Origin: Azolla caroliniana | Taxonomy: Eukaryota; Plantae; Polypodiophyta | Reading direction: 5' to 3' | NCBI GenBank assembly: GCA_043228905.1 | Contig: JBHGNT010000010.1 | Span: forward strand, 13,330,001-13,394,000 | Length of the DNA: 64,000 bases | Shown: positions 37,002-48,700 of the stretch, in pieces | Layout of the letters: the number at the start of each line of letters is the position of its first letter | How positions within the stretch are numbered: the stretch's first letter is position 1 | Translations under genes and position numbers: made by a program | The notes under the pieces: generated by a model | Told to the model about the DNA's origin: nothing | The model's database searches: none | Seen by the model: only the letters and a program-made list of their open reading frames with translations

Positions 37002-38143
37002 TCATCTAATTGACTAAGGATTTCAAATTTATTTGAGATACTTGGGCTATTAGTACTATGAATACTATCTGACACTCTATTAGTACTATTAATACTATCA
37101 GACACTCCAAAGGGAAGAATTGACTCGGGTTTAGTACAGGCGACGATTTGATTTACCTGTCTTCTTGGCCTATGGGGACAATTGATGGCGATATGTCCTG
37201 GTCCACCGCAATAAAGACATAATCGATTGGCACGTCGTCGTTGCTTTTCTTCTTCCGATAACGGGCCGCGTCGACGCATGGTATCGATCTCCATCGGTGT
37301 CGAAGTATTTGCTTGAGGTGTGTCTCGTGCAAACGGTTTAGCCGCGACTGCGGCGTAAGTGGGCTCTGGCCTAGAGCGTGGTATCTGTAATTGACGTTCT
37401 GAACGCCGTTCAAAAAGGCGGTTGTCACATCGAACTGCTCGACTGATTGCCTCCGTAAGAGACTTTGGTTCTTCGAAGAAAGTTAGAAGTAGATCTTTGA
37501 CATCGTTTTGCAAGCCATAGCGAAACTGCTCCATTAGTGCTTGATCATCCCAGGGTATATCTGAAGCAAGTAGGCGGAAATCCGCCGCGTAGGCAGAGGC
37601 TGGACGATCGCCTTGACGCAATCGCTGGATCTTGTTGATCGCCGTCCTGATGCTGTCGGTGTCTCCAAAGCAGGCTTTAAACTCACCAATAAAATCTTCA
37701 AAGTTATTAAGTAAGGGTGATTGTTTTTCTAGAAGCGGAGCAAACCATGCCAAGGCTGAGCCGCTAAGTAGCGTGCCTATTAGGCCGACTCGAGATGCAT
37801 CAGTGGGATATCGGGAAGGATGCATCTGGATGACTAAGCGTACCTGATTAAGGAATCCCCGGAATTGCGAACGCGTTCCATCAAATTTCATAGGAAGTCC
37901 AATCTTGGGCTCTTTATGAAATCCTTGGGGACTGGATCCTTGTTGTTGCAACGCTGCTTCGAGTTGTTGTACCCGTAACGCTAACTCCCCATGTTGTTGT
38001 TGCGTTTGTTGTTTTTCTAGAGCGATTTGTTGCAGATCCCCTATCAGCCGTTGGTTTTCTTGTTCCAGGGCAACAAACTTTTCTTTTAGGCACTGTAGCT
38101 CGGAGAAAACGGATTGGTATTCTTGGGCGCTAACAGTAGCCAT
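36986..38143 (-). CDS. gag: B2 Gag (coiled coil, PEG10/sushi-like capsid, CCHC knuckle)
   Basis: 385 aa; KFDGTRSQFRGF, PMEID, CLYCGGPGHIAINC; 30-bp duplication near the C-terminus that is absent in B1. Confidence 0.95.
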   Translation of the reverse strand: MATVSAQEYQSVFSELQCLKEKFVALEQENQRLIGDLQQIALEKQQTQQQHGELALRVQQLEAALQQQGSSPQGFHKEPKIGLPMKFDGTRSQFRGFLNQVRLVIQMHPSRYPTDASRVGLIGTLLSGSALAWFAPLLEKQSPLLNNFEDFIGEFKACFGDTDSIRTAINKIQRLRQGDRPASAYAADFRLLASDIPWDDQALMEQFRYGLQNDVKDLLLTFFEEPKSLTEAISRAVRCDNRLFERRSERQLQIPRSRPEPTYAAVAAKPFARDTPQANTSTPMEIDTMRRRGPLSEEEKQRRRANRLCLYCGGPGHIAINCPHRPRRQVNQIVACTKPESILPFGVSDSINSTNRVSDSIHSTNSPSISNKFEILSQLDEELND

Positions 38144-39011
38144 AGTATAGGGAAAAGGGTAGGAGGATGAGGGAGAGTGACAAGTAGGCTAGAGGAAAAA
38201 TTGGTTCAAACTGTCAGGAATAGTACTAAAACAGAGATGGAATTAGTACTAAGAACAGCAGTACTATTAGTACTAAGAGGACGGGACTGCGTAAGATTCC
38301 CGAGAGAGGAAGTGAGAAGAGGAGAGAGAGAGAGATAGCGAGAATGAGAGAGATGATGACAGTAGCTATATATTATGTGAAAAGATAAGTACAAGCGGCT
38401 AAGAGGCTTAAGACTGGCGTTGAACCAATTTGGTTCAAAACAATGCCTTGTGCCTCCTTTTATAGTGTTTTTAGGAATAATCTTGAAGCTTCTAGAATGT
38501 TCCAGAGAGATCTGGAATATACATCAATTTTCTATGATAAAGTATAAATGAAAATAATATCCTACAAAATACGATTCCTAATCTAATGGTAAGAGCTCGA
38601 CCCATGTAGCATAAAGTCATGGGTTCGAGTCTTGCCATGACACTAGCTTGGCGATCGTGGTGAGGGAGGCAGTTCGAGCCTTATCTTCATCAAAATATTG
38701 AAGTGAAGATTGTTGTGGCCAACTATCAAGAAAGAGAAGAGCGATTATCTTGTGAGACCAAGTTCGAAGGATCAACGACGCTTACAACCACTTTTGTAAC
38801 TCTTTCATCAAAAACAAAAATTCTATATCTCTTTTATTCCTTCAAATATCATTCAATATCCTATCTTGTCATATCTTGTTGATCTCTATTTACTTTATCT
38901 CTACTCTTTCGTCTCTTCCGTCCATAATCCCAGTGATTCCTTCCTCACTTTCATGATATCTTTTGTCTACGCAACGCTACGCTTCCAGGTGAGCGACGCC
39001 ACGACACAATT

Positions 39012-39029
39012 TGGTGAACCCGACGTGAA
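39012..39029 (+). promoter_or_regulatory. C PBS complementary to tRNA-Trp
   Basis: TGGTGAACCCGACGTGAA is the 18-nt complement of the plant tRNA-Trp 3' end ...UUCACGUCGGGUUCACCA (recalled). Confidence 0.85.
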
Positions 39030-39073
39030 ATGGGGAAGTAGAAGAGACATCTAAAGTAAAGATCAACATCAAC

Positions 39074-40066
39074 ATGGCAAGTACGAGTACAATGGATCCG
39101 GTAATGTTGTTTATTGAAAAGTTGAATCAAGATCGATTATTTCATGCCTTACGAGAAGTCCGAGAGAAGATTGGTATGTTTGATGGCACAAATATTTCGA
39201 AGTATGTGAATATATATTATGATGAAATGGAAATGTCTGGTATAAATGATGTCAATATGATAGCAAACTTTTATAAATTAGTGGACATGGAATTAAGAGA
39301 TAGAATTCATGAAATACAAGCATTGCATAGTTTGGATTGGAATGCATTCAAAGAAGCACTTGTGTCTGAATATGCTCATGAGGATTTCTCTCGAGTTACT
39401 ATGCGTTCATTTCATGAATGGATCTTAAAAGAAGATAAAGGGTTCTCTGTGGCTGACACAAAAAAAGAGGTTGATAGGATGTATGGACACTTAAAGCCAG
39501 AAGAAAGAAATTCTTTGTCTTGGCAAAAGGTTGCTTTATTTTTGCAGGCAGTTGACAAGAGATATAGAAAAGAATTGGAATTTATGCTTGAAGTACCAAA
39601 TACTGAGGATGGTATAACTGCAGATTGGAATGAGGTAACAAATGCTTGTAATAAATTTATGAAAAGAATGCAAAGGAATGGTGTAATGCTACAAATACCA
39701 CATGTGGGAATCACAAATCGGCTTGAGCAAAACATCGAAGTTCAAAGAATTGGTCGAGAACCATCACACGAAATGGTCCATCAACCACGAGAAATGATCG
39801 AAACTAAGAGTGAGTCTTTGCTTGATGATTTAGTTCAAAGTATGAAAGATCTAACAATTAAAGTGGCAAAGCTTGAGAATGGTCAGACTTCGAGGTCAAG
39901 GGAACCATTTCGACCTCGATGCATGTGGTGTGATAGCCTCGAACATCAATTACGTGATTGTGCGGAATATAAAGACATGGAAAATCGAGACTTGGTGTAT
40001 TGGAAAAATAGTAACATTTATTTAACTGAAACTAGAAGTCCACTTACAAAGAACTTTGGTGATGGT
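39074..40066 (+). pseudogene. gag: C Gag, 3'-truncated
   Basis: FDGTNISKY capsid start and CMWCDSLEHQLRDC knuckle; ORF tail beyond 40066 is antisense Copia sequence. Confidence 0.85.
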
Positions 40067-41030
40067 GGATCAGACACCTCCACCTGCAGATCCTTAAGTA
40101 GCCTCTTCAACCATATGGCTTCGCATGTCACGACAGTCGCTCCTCTATACTCAGCTTCGGTGCTTGACAGTGCAACTGTCGGCTGCTTCTTACTGCTCCA
40201 TGCTATCGCAGCACTCCCAAGAGAGAACGCGTATCCGAACGTGGATCGGCGATCGGCGGTGTTGCCAGCCCAATCAGCATCGGTGTAGCCGATCAACTAC
40301 GAGGCTGTACCGGTCCGATATAGCAGTCCCCGGTCCTTAGTGCCGCTTACGTACCGCAGTACGCGTTGCGCACACTGAAGGTGCTCCTCGGTAGGTTGCG
40401 CCATGAACTGACTGATCACCCCGACCGGGTAGCTGAGATCTGGTCGGGTGATGGTCAAGTATATAAGGTTGCCGACTATCTCTCGGAACCTCGTCGGGTC
40501 GCACACCTTTCCGGAATTGGGGCGAAGCTTGACGGTTCTATCAAGAGGAGTCGAGACGGACTTACAATCTGCCATCCCGAATTTGAAGAGCATATTCAGC
40601 CCGTAATGGCGTTCGCTGATCAGTATGCCTTCGGGGGTGCGGACCACTTCGATCCCGAGGAAGTAATGAAGGTCCCCCAGATCCTTCATGTCGAATGATG
40701 CCGCAAGCTGGAGCTTCACACGGTCGATTTCACCTAGGTCGGTGCCGGTGATGACCAAGTCATCAACATATAGTAAAATGTTGACCGGACCGAGTCGACC
40801 TATCCGGATGAATAGGGAAGAGTCCGATTTTGACGTTGCAAAGCCCATCCAACGCAATTGTTGCGTGATCTTCGCGTTCCAGGCACACGGGGCTTGCTTC
40901 AGTCCATAAAGGGACTTCTTCAATCAGCACACTGCCAACGTGTTCGTTCCGTAGTGAAATCCGGGGGGTTGTACCTGTTGGGATTTCGGTCCCTCCGGAT
41001 GGGATGTCCCCGGAGATAAATGACGGCAAG

Positions 41031-41194
41031 CCGGTTACGGAGCCGGACGTTGAAGACCCCGGTTACGGAGCCGGATGATGAAGACCCCGGTTACGGAGCC
41101 GGATGCTGAAGACCCCGGTTACGGAGCCGGATGATGAAGACCCCGGTTACGGAGCCGGATGCTGAAGACCCCGGTTACGGAGCCGGATGATGAA
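41031..41194 (+). repeat. 28-bp tandem repeat in U3 of the F 5' LTR (6 copies; 2 in the 3' LTR)
   Basis: Unit CCGGTTACGGAGCCGGATGATGAAGACC; LTR length difference 112 = 4 x 28. Confidence 0.95.
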
Positions 41195-41700
41195 TGTACC
41201 CGGAGAGAGATCCGGATGCGGGGACATATTTGTGAATATGTTTGCTAAGAGCCCTTGAGGCTATATTTGTAAATAGCCCGAAAGTCATATGTGTATAAAT
41301 ATGACTTAGGGCAGACAGTTTATGTTGTTGCTCATTTTTGAGAGAGAGAGAAAAGTGAGTAGCCGAAGAGAGAGAGAGAGAGAGAGAGACGAAGAGAGAG
41401 AGAGAGGTCGTTGCCTCTGTGTACTGCCGCCGCCGGTGGCGAAGACAGTGAGCTCAAGGTTGTTGCCTTGTAGCTTCACCATTGTACATCTCTGTCTATA
41501 GTGATAGTTGGAGTTTGAGGACTCCCGTGGTTTTTTTTTCCCAGTTGGGGTTTTCCACGCAAAACATCCCGTGTACTCTTCTCTCTATTGTACTTCGTGC
41601 ATTTTGTATTTCCTGTTTTCTGAAAGTTGATCCTATTCCTCGGTTGTGGCCGAGCACTGTTTTTCTACAAACTGGTATCAGAGCACGGTTAACACAGAAA

Positions 41701-44700
41701 ATGGAAGGCGGCGGTAGTGGGCCTCCGGGCATGATGGTGTTGAACTCACATAACTACGCCGACTGGAAGATAAAGATGGAAGACCTTCTCATCGTCCGAG
41801 ACCTGTATGAACCGATCGACAATGCCAAGATACCCAAGGGGGTAATAGAGTCGGAGTGGAAGCTCCTGAACCGGAAAGCCGTAGCGACGATCCGGCAATA
41901 TGTCGATGTAAGCGTTCTACAACATGTGGCAAATGACACCAACGCATATGAGATGTGGAAGAAGCTGTCGGGCCTCTACGAGAGGAAGAATGCGTTGAAC
42001 CGGACCTCCCTGATGAGGAAGATAGTGAACCTCAAGTATCGGGACGGCGAGAATATGGTTGAACACGTGAGCACGTTCATGGGATTCGTGAACCAGCTTG
42101 CGGCGATCAAGTTCCCGTTGGAGGATGCAATGCAAGCCATCATCCTGATGTGTACATTGCCGGAAAGCTGGGAGAACTTGGTGGTGACTCTCAGCACCTC
42201 CTGCACCGAAGATAACTTGTCCTTACAAACGGTAAAGACAAGTATTTTGAACGAAGAAGCACGCCGGAGAGACAAAGAACCGGCCTCCGACTCGAAGGCG
42301 CTGCTTACCGAATCGGATCGGGGAAGACAATGGAACCGGAGTCCGCAAAGACGGGAAAAGTCGGGGACCCGGTCGCAGTCAAGAGGAAGGCCCACATGCT
42401 TCCACTGTGGGAAGCCGGGGCACTTCCGAAAGAATTGTCGGCATTACCGAAAAGACAACGGAGCCGACGACACCGATTTGAAGAAGTCACCGGAGAGAAA
42501 CGGTGCATACCGGGGAGCCTCGGACCGGAGAGGTTCGGATCGGCGAGGGCAGGACCGGAAAGGAACGTTGGCACTCGCGGCAAGTGAGGAAGAAATCATG
42601 CTCATCACCGAAGAAGGTGAACTAAACGTTGCCGGCGATGAGACGACCTGGGTGGTCGATTCCGGAGCATCATTCCACCTGACCCCGGAGAGAAGATACT
42701 TCTCATCCTACACAGCCGGTGAGCATGGCTGTGTTCGGATGGGAAATGAAGGTACGTGCCGGATTGCCAGCATAGGAAACGTGTGGTTGACAACCCCGAC
42801 CGGATGCAAAATGCTGCTGAAGGATGTCCGACACGTTCCGGAGGTTCGATTGAACCTGATTTCGGCCGGGAGGCTAGACGATGAAGGCTACACAGGTAGC
42901 ATCTGGAACGGCGTAATGAAGTTCAGCAAGGGGAGCCTGATAGTGGCTCGGGCCCGGAAAGACAACACACTGTACCTGATGAATGCCCGGTTATGTCCGG
43001 AAGAGCTGAATGTGGCAGCCGACACTGCCGGTGAGCTGTGGCACAAAAGACTGTGCCACATGAGTGAGAAGGGGATGAAGAGGCTTGCAGAAGACAACCT
43101 TATTCCAGTGAAGCATGTACACTTGGGGAAGTGTATCGACTGTCTGGCCGGTAAGCAAAACCGGACCTCCTTCCACTCAAGGCCACCGGCGAGACGTAGC
43201 GCACCATTGGAGTTGGTACACACTGATGTGTGTCAGGTAGAAACGAAGTCACATGGCGGAGCCCAGTACTTCGTAACATTCATTGATGATCACAGCCGGA
43301 AGCTGTGGACGGCACCGTTGAAGACGAAGGACCAAGTGTTGTGCGTCTTCAAAGAACTCCACGCGAGAGTGGAAAGGGAATCCGGCAAGAAGCTGAAAGC
43401 GATACGAGCGGATAACGGAGGGGAATACCGGGGGCAGTTCCAGGAGTACTGTCGCTCGAAGGGAATCCGACTCGAGTTTACTGTGCCGAAGACGCCGGAA
43501 CTGAACGGGCTGGCCGAGAGGATGAACCGGACCATAATGGAGAGGGTCCGGAGTATGCTGGCGCACGCGAAATTACCCAAGGGATTTTGGGCTGAGGCAA
43601 TGTCGACGGCGACGTATGTGATAAATAGATCACCCTCAGTACCTTTGGACGGAGACACGCCGCAGAAAGTGTGGACCGGTAAGGAAGTGTCCTACCGGCA
43701 TCTGAAGGTGTTCGGGTGTCTCGCATATGTGCATGTGGCAAAGGACCGGAGAGGAAAGCTAGATCCAAAGACCCGGCCATGCATATTCCTCGGTTACGGC
43801 GACGACGAGTTCGGCTACCGAGTATGGGACCCGGTCAACAAGAAGATATTCAGGAGTCGTGATATCATCTTCATGGAGGACAAGACACTCGCCGACTGGG
43901 AGTCGGAAAAGAAGATGAAGAGCTCCAAGTCGACCGGTGAGGATCAACTCTACGAGGAGCAGTCCCGACCGGCAAGGGACCGGTCAGCACTCGAGGATCC
44001 GGCCGAAGACGGTGAAGAAACAGAACCGGCCGAGGAAGATGAAACTGATACCGGAACTGGCCCCGATCCCGAAATGGATCCGGATGAAGAAGAAACGGAA
44101 GAGCCGGTTACCGAAGCTCCGGAACGGAGATACCCTCTAAGAGAGAGAAGGGCCCCCCGGAGATTTCCGGAACCAGAGCACGTGCTGCTAACCGACGAGG
44201 GGGAGCCAAAGAGTTTTGAAGAAGCAAAGCTTGATACGCATAGCCGCAGGTGGTTAAGTGCCATGCAGGAGGAGATGGATTCCCTGCATGAGAACCACAC
44301 ATATGAACTTGTGGAGTTGCCGAAAGGAAAGCGGGCACTTCGAAACAAGTGGGTGTTCAAGCTGAAACCGGGAGATGCTGGAAACCCCCCGAGATACAAA
44401 GCCAGGATCGTGGTGAAGGGGTTCCAGCAGAAGAAGGGCGTCGACTTCGACGAAATATTTGCCCCGGTAGTGAAGATGACCTCCATCCGGACGGTGCTGA
44501 GCATAGCGGCAAGCATGGACCTCGAGGTAGAACAGATGGACGTGAAGACGGCATTCCTTCACGGTGACCTCGAAGAAGAGATCTACATGCAGCAACCGGA
44601 AGGATTCGAGAAGAAAGGGAAGGAGCACCTGGTATGCCGGTTGAAGAAGAGTCTTTACGGACTGAAGCAGGCTCCCCGGCAATGGTACCGGAAGTTCGAC

Positions 44701-45774
44701 TACTTCATGACCGACGAAGGGTACCACAAAACGCAGTCCGATCACTGCGTGTTTGTGAAGAAGTTCGAAGGAGGAGACTCTCTAATACTCCTCCTGTACG
44801 TGGACGACATGTTGATCGTCGGACGGGACCAGGACAAGATACGGATGCTGAAGAAAGCACTTCACCGAACCTTCTCAATGAAGGACCTGGGTCCGGCGAG
44901 GCAAATACTAGGGATGCACATCATCCGAGACCGGAAGAAGAAGCAGTTGTGGCTGTCACAGGAGAAGTACGTAACAAAGGTGCTTCACCGGTTCAACATG
45001 TCGGAAGCAAGACCGGTCGGATCAACCCTCCCGGCAAACTGCAAGCTGTCCAGCAAGCAAAGCCCCAAGACAAAGGCTGAGAAAGAGGACATGATGAAAG
45101 TACCATATGCCTCTGCCGTCGGAAGCTTGATGTACGCAATGGTGTGTACAAGACCGGACATAGGATATGCAGTCGGAGTGGTGAGCCGGTACATGAGCAA
45201 TCCCGGCAAAGAGCACTGGAACGCGGTCAAGTGGATACTCCGATACCTGAAGGGCACGGCAAACGTGTGCCTCCGATTCGGCACCGGTAAGCCCGAACTC
45301 GACGGCTTTACCGATTCGGATATGTCGGCTGATGCAGATACCAGCCGGTCCACATCAGGGTATGTGATGACGTATGCAGGGGGAGTTGTTTCGTGGCAGT
45401 CGAGGCTGCAGAAGACGGTTGCGTTGTCAACCACGGAGGCGGAGTACATGGCGGCTGTTGAAGCCGGCAAGGAAATAATATGGATGAAGGACTTCATTAG
45501 AGAGCTCGGTATCCGGCAAGAGGAGTACCGACTCTACTGCGACAGTCAGAGTGCCATCCACCTTGCGAAGAACGCGGCCTATCACTCCCGGACGAAGCAC
45601 ATCCAGCGAAGATATCACTGGATCCGGGAAAGGATAGAAGACCAGGAGTTCGTGCTGACGAAGATCCACACGGATGAGAACGGCTCAGATATGCTGACCA
45701 AAGTGCTCACACCCGACAAGTTGGAAGCATGCCGGAAGAGGATTGGATTGGAGAGACATCCCATGCCGAAGTGA
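41701..45774 (+). CDS. F Gag-Pol polyprotein (1357 aa), uninterrupted
   Basis: Gag, CFHCGKPGHFRKNC, WVVDSGAS, HKRLCH, RADNGGEY, GKLDPK, YVDDML, STTEAEY, DMLTK. Confidence 0.97.
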   Translation: MEGGGSGPPGMMVLNSHNYADWKIKMEDLLIVRDLYEPIDNAKIPKGVIESEWKLLNRKAVATIRQYVDVSVLQHVANDTNAYEMWKKLSGLYERKNALNRTSLMRKIVNLKYRDGENMVEHVSTFMGFVNQLAAIKFPLEDAMQAIILMCTLPESWENLVVTLSTSCTEDNLSLQTVKTSILNEEARRRDKEPASDSKALLTESDRGRQWNRSPQRREKSGTRSQSRGRPTCFHCGKPGHFRKNCRHYRKDNGADDTDLKKSPERNGAYRGASDRRGSDRRGQDRKGTLALAASEEEIMLITEEGELNVAGDETTWVVDSGASFHLTPERRYFSSYTAGEHGCVRMGNEGTCRIASIGNVWLTTPTGCKMLLKDVRHVPEVRLNLISAGRLDDEGYTGSIWNGVMKFSKGSLIVARARKDNTLYLMNARLCPEELNVAADTAGELWHKRLCHMSEKGMKRLAEDNLIPVKHVHLGKCIDCLAGKQNRTSFHSRPPARRSAPLELVHTDVCQVETKSHGGAQYFVTFIDDHSRKLWTAPLKTKDQVLCVFKELHARVERESGKKLKAIRADNGGEYRGQFQEYCRSKGIRLEFTVPKTPELNGLAERMNRTIMERVRSMLAHAKLPKGFWAEAMSTATYVINRSPSVPLDGDTPQKVWTGKEVSYRHLKVFGCLAYVHVAKDRRGKLDPKTRPCIFLGYGDDEFGYRVWDPVNKKIFRSRDIIFMEDKTLADWESEKKMKSSKSTGEDQLYEEQSRPARDRSALEDPAEDGEETEPAEEDETDTGTGPDPEMDPDEEETEEPVTEAPERRYPLRERRAPRRFPEPEHVLLTDEGEPKSFEEAKLDTHSRRWLSAMQEEMDSLHENHTYELVELPKGKRALRNKWVFKLKPGDAGNPPRYKARIVVKGFQQKKGVDFDEIFAPVVKMTSIRTVLSIAASMDLEVEQMDVKTAFLHGDLEEEIYMQQPEGFEKKGKEHLVCRLKKSLYGLKQAPRQWYRKFDYFMTDEGYHKTQSDHCVFVKKFEGGDSLILLLYVDDMLIVGRDQDKIRMLKKALHRTFSMKDLGPARQILGMHIIRDRKKKQLWLSQEKYVTKVLHRFNMSEARPVGSTLPANCKLSSKQSPKTKAEKEDMMKVPYASAVGSLMYAMVCTRPDIGYAVGVVSRYMSNPGKEHWNAVKWILRYLKGTANVCLRFGTGKPELDGFTDSDMSADADTSRSTSGYVMTYAGGVVSWQSRLQKTVALSTTEAEYMAAVEAGKEIIWMKDFIRELGIRQEEYRLYCDSQSAIHLAKNAAYHSRTKHIQRRYHWIRERIEDQEFVLTKIHTDENGSDMLTKVLTPDKLEACRKRIGLERHPMPK

Positions 45775-48700
45775 AGGGGGAGTTTGTTGGGATTTCGGTC
45801 CCTCCGGATGGGATGTCCCCGGAGATAAATGACGGCAAGCCGGTTACGGAGCCGGACGCTGAAGACCCCGGTTACGGAGCCGGATGATGAATGTACCCGG
45901 AGAGAGATCCGGATGCGGGGACATATTTGTGAATATGTTTGCTAAGAGCCCTTGAGGCTATATTTGTAAATAGCCCGAAAGTCATATGTGTATAAATATG
46001 ACTTAGGGCAGACAGTTTATGTTGTTGCTCATTTTTGAGAGAGAGAGAAAAGTGAGTAGCCGAAGAGAGAGAGAGAGAGAGAGAGACGAAGAGAGAGAGA
46101 GAGGTCGTTGCCTCTGTGTACTGCCGCCGCCGGTGGCGAAGACAGTGAGCTCAAGGTTGTTGCCTTGTAGCTTCACCATTGTACATCTCTGTCTATAGTG
46201 ATAGTTGGAGTTTGAGGACTCCCGTGGTTTTTTTTTCCCAGTTGGGGTTTTCCACGCAAAACATCCCGTGTACTCTTCTCTCTATTGTACTTCGTGCATT
46301 TTGTATTTCCTGTTTTCTGAAAGTTGATCCTATTCCTCGGTTGTGGCCGAGCACTGTTTTTCTACAGTACCATGTACACCTGTTCCTCAAGCTCATCTTG
46401 CAGGAACGCATTCTTTACATCCATGTGATGTAAGTGCCACCCCTTTGCCGCAGCTACCGCGAGCAAAACACAGACGGTCATCATCTTCGCGACCGGCACA
46501 AACATCTCATCGTAGTCGATGTCGTGTTTCTGCGCATAGCCTTTGCCACTAACCGGGCCTTGTATCGGTTGACCGAGCCATCGGTGTTGTACATGACCTT
46601 GTACACCCACCTACATCCGATCGGCTTCTCACCCTTCGGTGCGTCAACCAGGTCCCAGGTCTCGTTTTCCGCCAATGCGTGCATCTCTTCCTCCATCGTG
46701 GCGCGCCAATGCGCATCCTTAGCCGCTTCTGCATAGCTCTCCGACTCACGCACTTCCGCTACACGGGTCATGTACGCATAATGATGCGCCATGTACTCGT
46801 TGTATCCGAACCGAACAACTGGGTTCTTCTGGCGGGTAGATCGGCATAATCAGTCATTAGCCGATGTCGAGGTCTTCTCGGCCGACGCGGACTTCACTCT
46901 TGAAGACCCATCACCGCTGCCCTCGGAGTCGGACTCGCGTCGGCCTAACTCGTTCCTATCCATGCCGTAATCCGACACCTTCTTCTTCCCTTTTTCCTGG
47001 CGCATAATTCGTCTCCTCGGCTTCCTACGCGGGGAATGCACAGCCAAGTCTCCACTACTTGCCGGCTCTTCATCGGACTGGTCGAACCGACTCAGTCGTT
47101 CATTCGGTCCACTTAACCGAAACGAAATCGGACTCTCTTCGCGGGTCCCGATTTTAGCTCATCCGGAGGCATCTCGGCCTCGTTAACCTCATCTCAGAAC
47201 TCGGATTGGAGGTGAGGTCCGGAGTCGGAGGCAAGTACCAAGACGCGGACTCGTCAAACACAACGTCGCGGCTCACGCGCACTTGTTTGGTGCACGGGTT
47301 ATAACACTTATAACCCTTCTGCTTGTCCGAGTAACCGACCAAGATACATTTCTCAGCCTTTGCGTCCAGCTTCTTCCGTTTCTCCTCCGGCACATGCACA
47401 TACGCAATGCTACCGAAAACTCGTAAGTGTCGCAAGTTCGGCTTCATTCCGAAATATAGCTCATGCGTTGACACTTTGTCTCTGATCCGGTTCTGGATGT
47501 ATACCATAGTTCGTACCGCCTCGGCCCAATAGAACTTGGGCAAGCTCTTTTCTTCCAACATTGCCGACGATTTTTCCTCTCGGCCACGCCGTTTTTCTCC
47601 GGCGTGTATCTACAACCGAATTCGCTCCGAATTCCCATCTATTGTAGATAACCATTGAATTGACCGGAAAAGTATTCTTTTCCACCATCCGACCGCAGGC
47701 ACTTGATCTTCCTTCCTGTTTCCGTTTCAACAAACCCTTTGAGGTCCAGGAAACAGTCGAAGACTTCGCTCTTCCTCTCAATGAGATAGATCCGCGTGTG
47801 CCGCGTGTAGTTGTCGATGAAGGAGACGAAATATCGGTTCCCGCCAAGACTAACGTTTTGTGCAGGCCCCCACACATCGGAGTGTATCAAGTCTAGCTTG
47901 TTCCGGCTCTGGTTACGCTCGTTGGGGAAGGGAAGTCGGTGTTGCTTCCCAAGCTGGCAAGCTTCACAAAATTGTGCCTTCCGGCCACTAAATTTGGGCA
48001 ATCCGAACACCACCTGTTTCGATTGCAGGTCCTGAAGCCACCTGTAGTTGACGTGGCCTATCCGTTTGTGCCATAAGTCGATGTCCGACTCGACTTCTGT
48101 CCCTTCGCGAACATTGCGGTGCCACCGTCAGTAGAGTCGAGGATGAACATCCTCCCATCTCTGCGCCCTTGCGCAATAACATGGCCTTCTTCCTCAATGA
48201 AGCACCCGAGGTGTGTAAATCGAACCTGCATCCCCTGGTCGACGATCTGCCCGACTGACACCAGATTCTTCGTGATTGTCGGGACGTGTAACACGTTCAT
48301 AAGTTTCCCTTTCTGTCCGAAATGGCTCAAGGGAACTTCACCGACATTCGCGATCAGATGCAAAGTGTTGTCTCCGGTTGCGACTACTCCTGGTTGCGTC
48401 GGTTTCTCAAGGTATGAGAACCACTCCTCGTGGCACGTCATGTGGTTTGACGCGCTGGAGTCGACGTACCACACCTCCTCCGACTTCGGAGTGACCTTCT
48501 TCATTGAGTTTGCTTCGTGTCTTGTCACGAAGACTGACTCTTTTCTGACTTCTCTGGATCCTTCGGCATAGTGCGATCGTTGCCGATTTCCTTTGTCAGT
48601 CTGTCCGGAACCTGTTCCAGACCCGATTCTCTCCAAATCGGCGCATTTTTTCTAGCACTCACTCTCCATGTGGCCTTTCTTTCCATAGTACCAGCATTCC

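Larger units (their letters stand above)
32973..38642 (-). mobile_element. B2: intact chromovirus (Tcn1/Tf1-sushi-like)
   Basis: LTRs 32973-33405 and 38212-38642 (4 substitutions plus a 2-bp GA indel seen); perfect TSD CTAGC; PPT; open gag and pol. Confidence 0.97.
32312..40066 (+). mobile_element. Gypsy C: 5' LTR (split by B2), PBS and gag; remainder deleted
   Basis: LTR 32312-32972 plus 38648-39006 (TGTCGTGAAG...CCACGACA), homologous to the K LTR; gag fused to antisense D RNase H at ~40066. Confidence 0.88.
40976..46366 (+). mobile_element. Copia F: intact Tork/Tnt1-like element inserted in the RT of D
   Basis: LTRs 40976-41669 and 45785-46366; perfect TSD GTACC; PBS TGGTATCAGAGC 41673-41684 (tRNA-iMet); PPT GAAGGGGGAG. 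Confidence 0.98.

Noticed and set aside
41031-41194. CRISPR-like array (also 16687-16812 and 3631-3789)
   Set aside because: Head-to-tail repeats without unique spacers, inside LTRs or Gag, and no cas genes.
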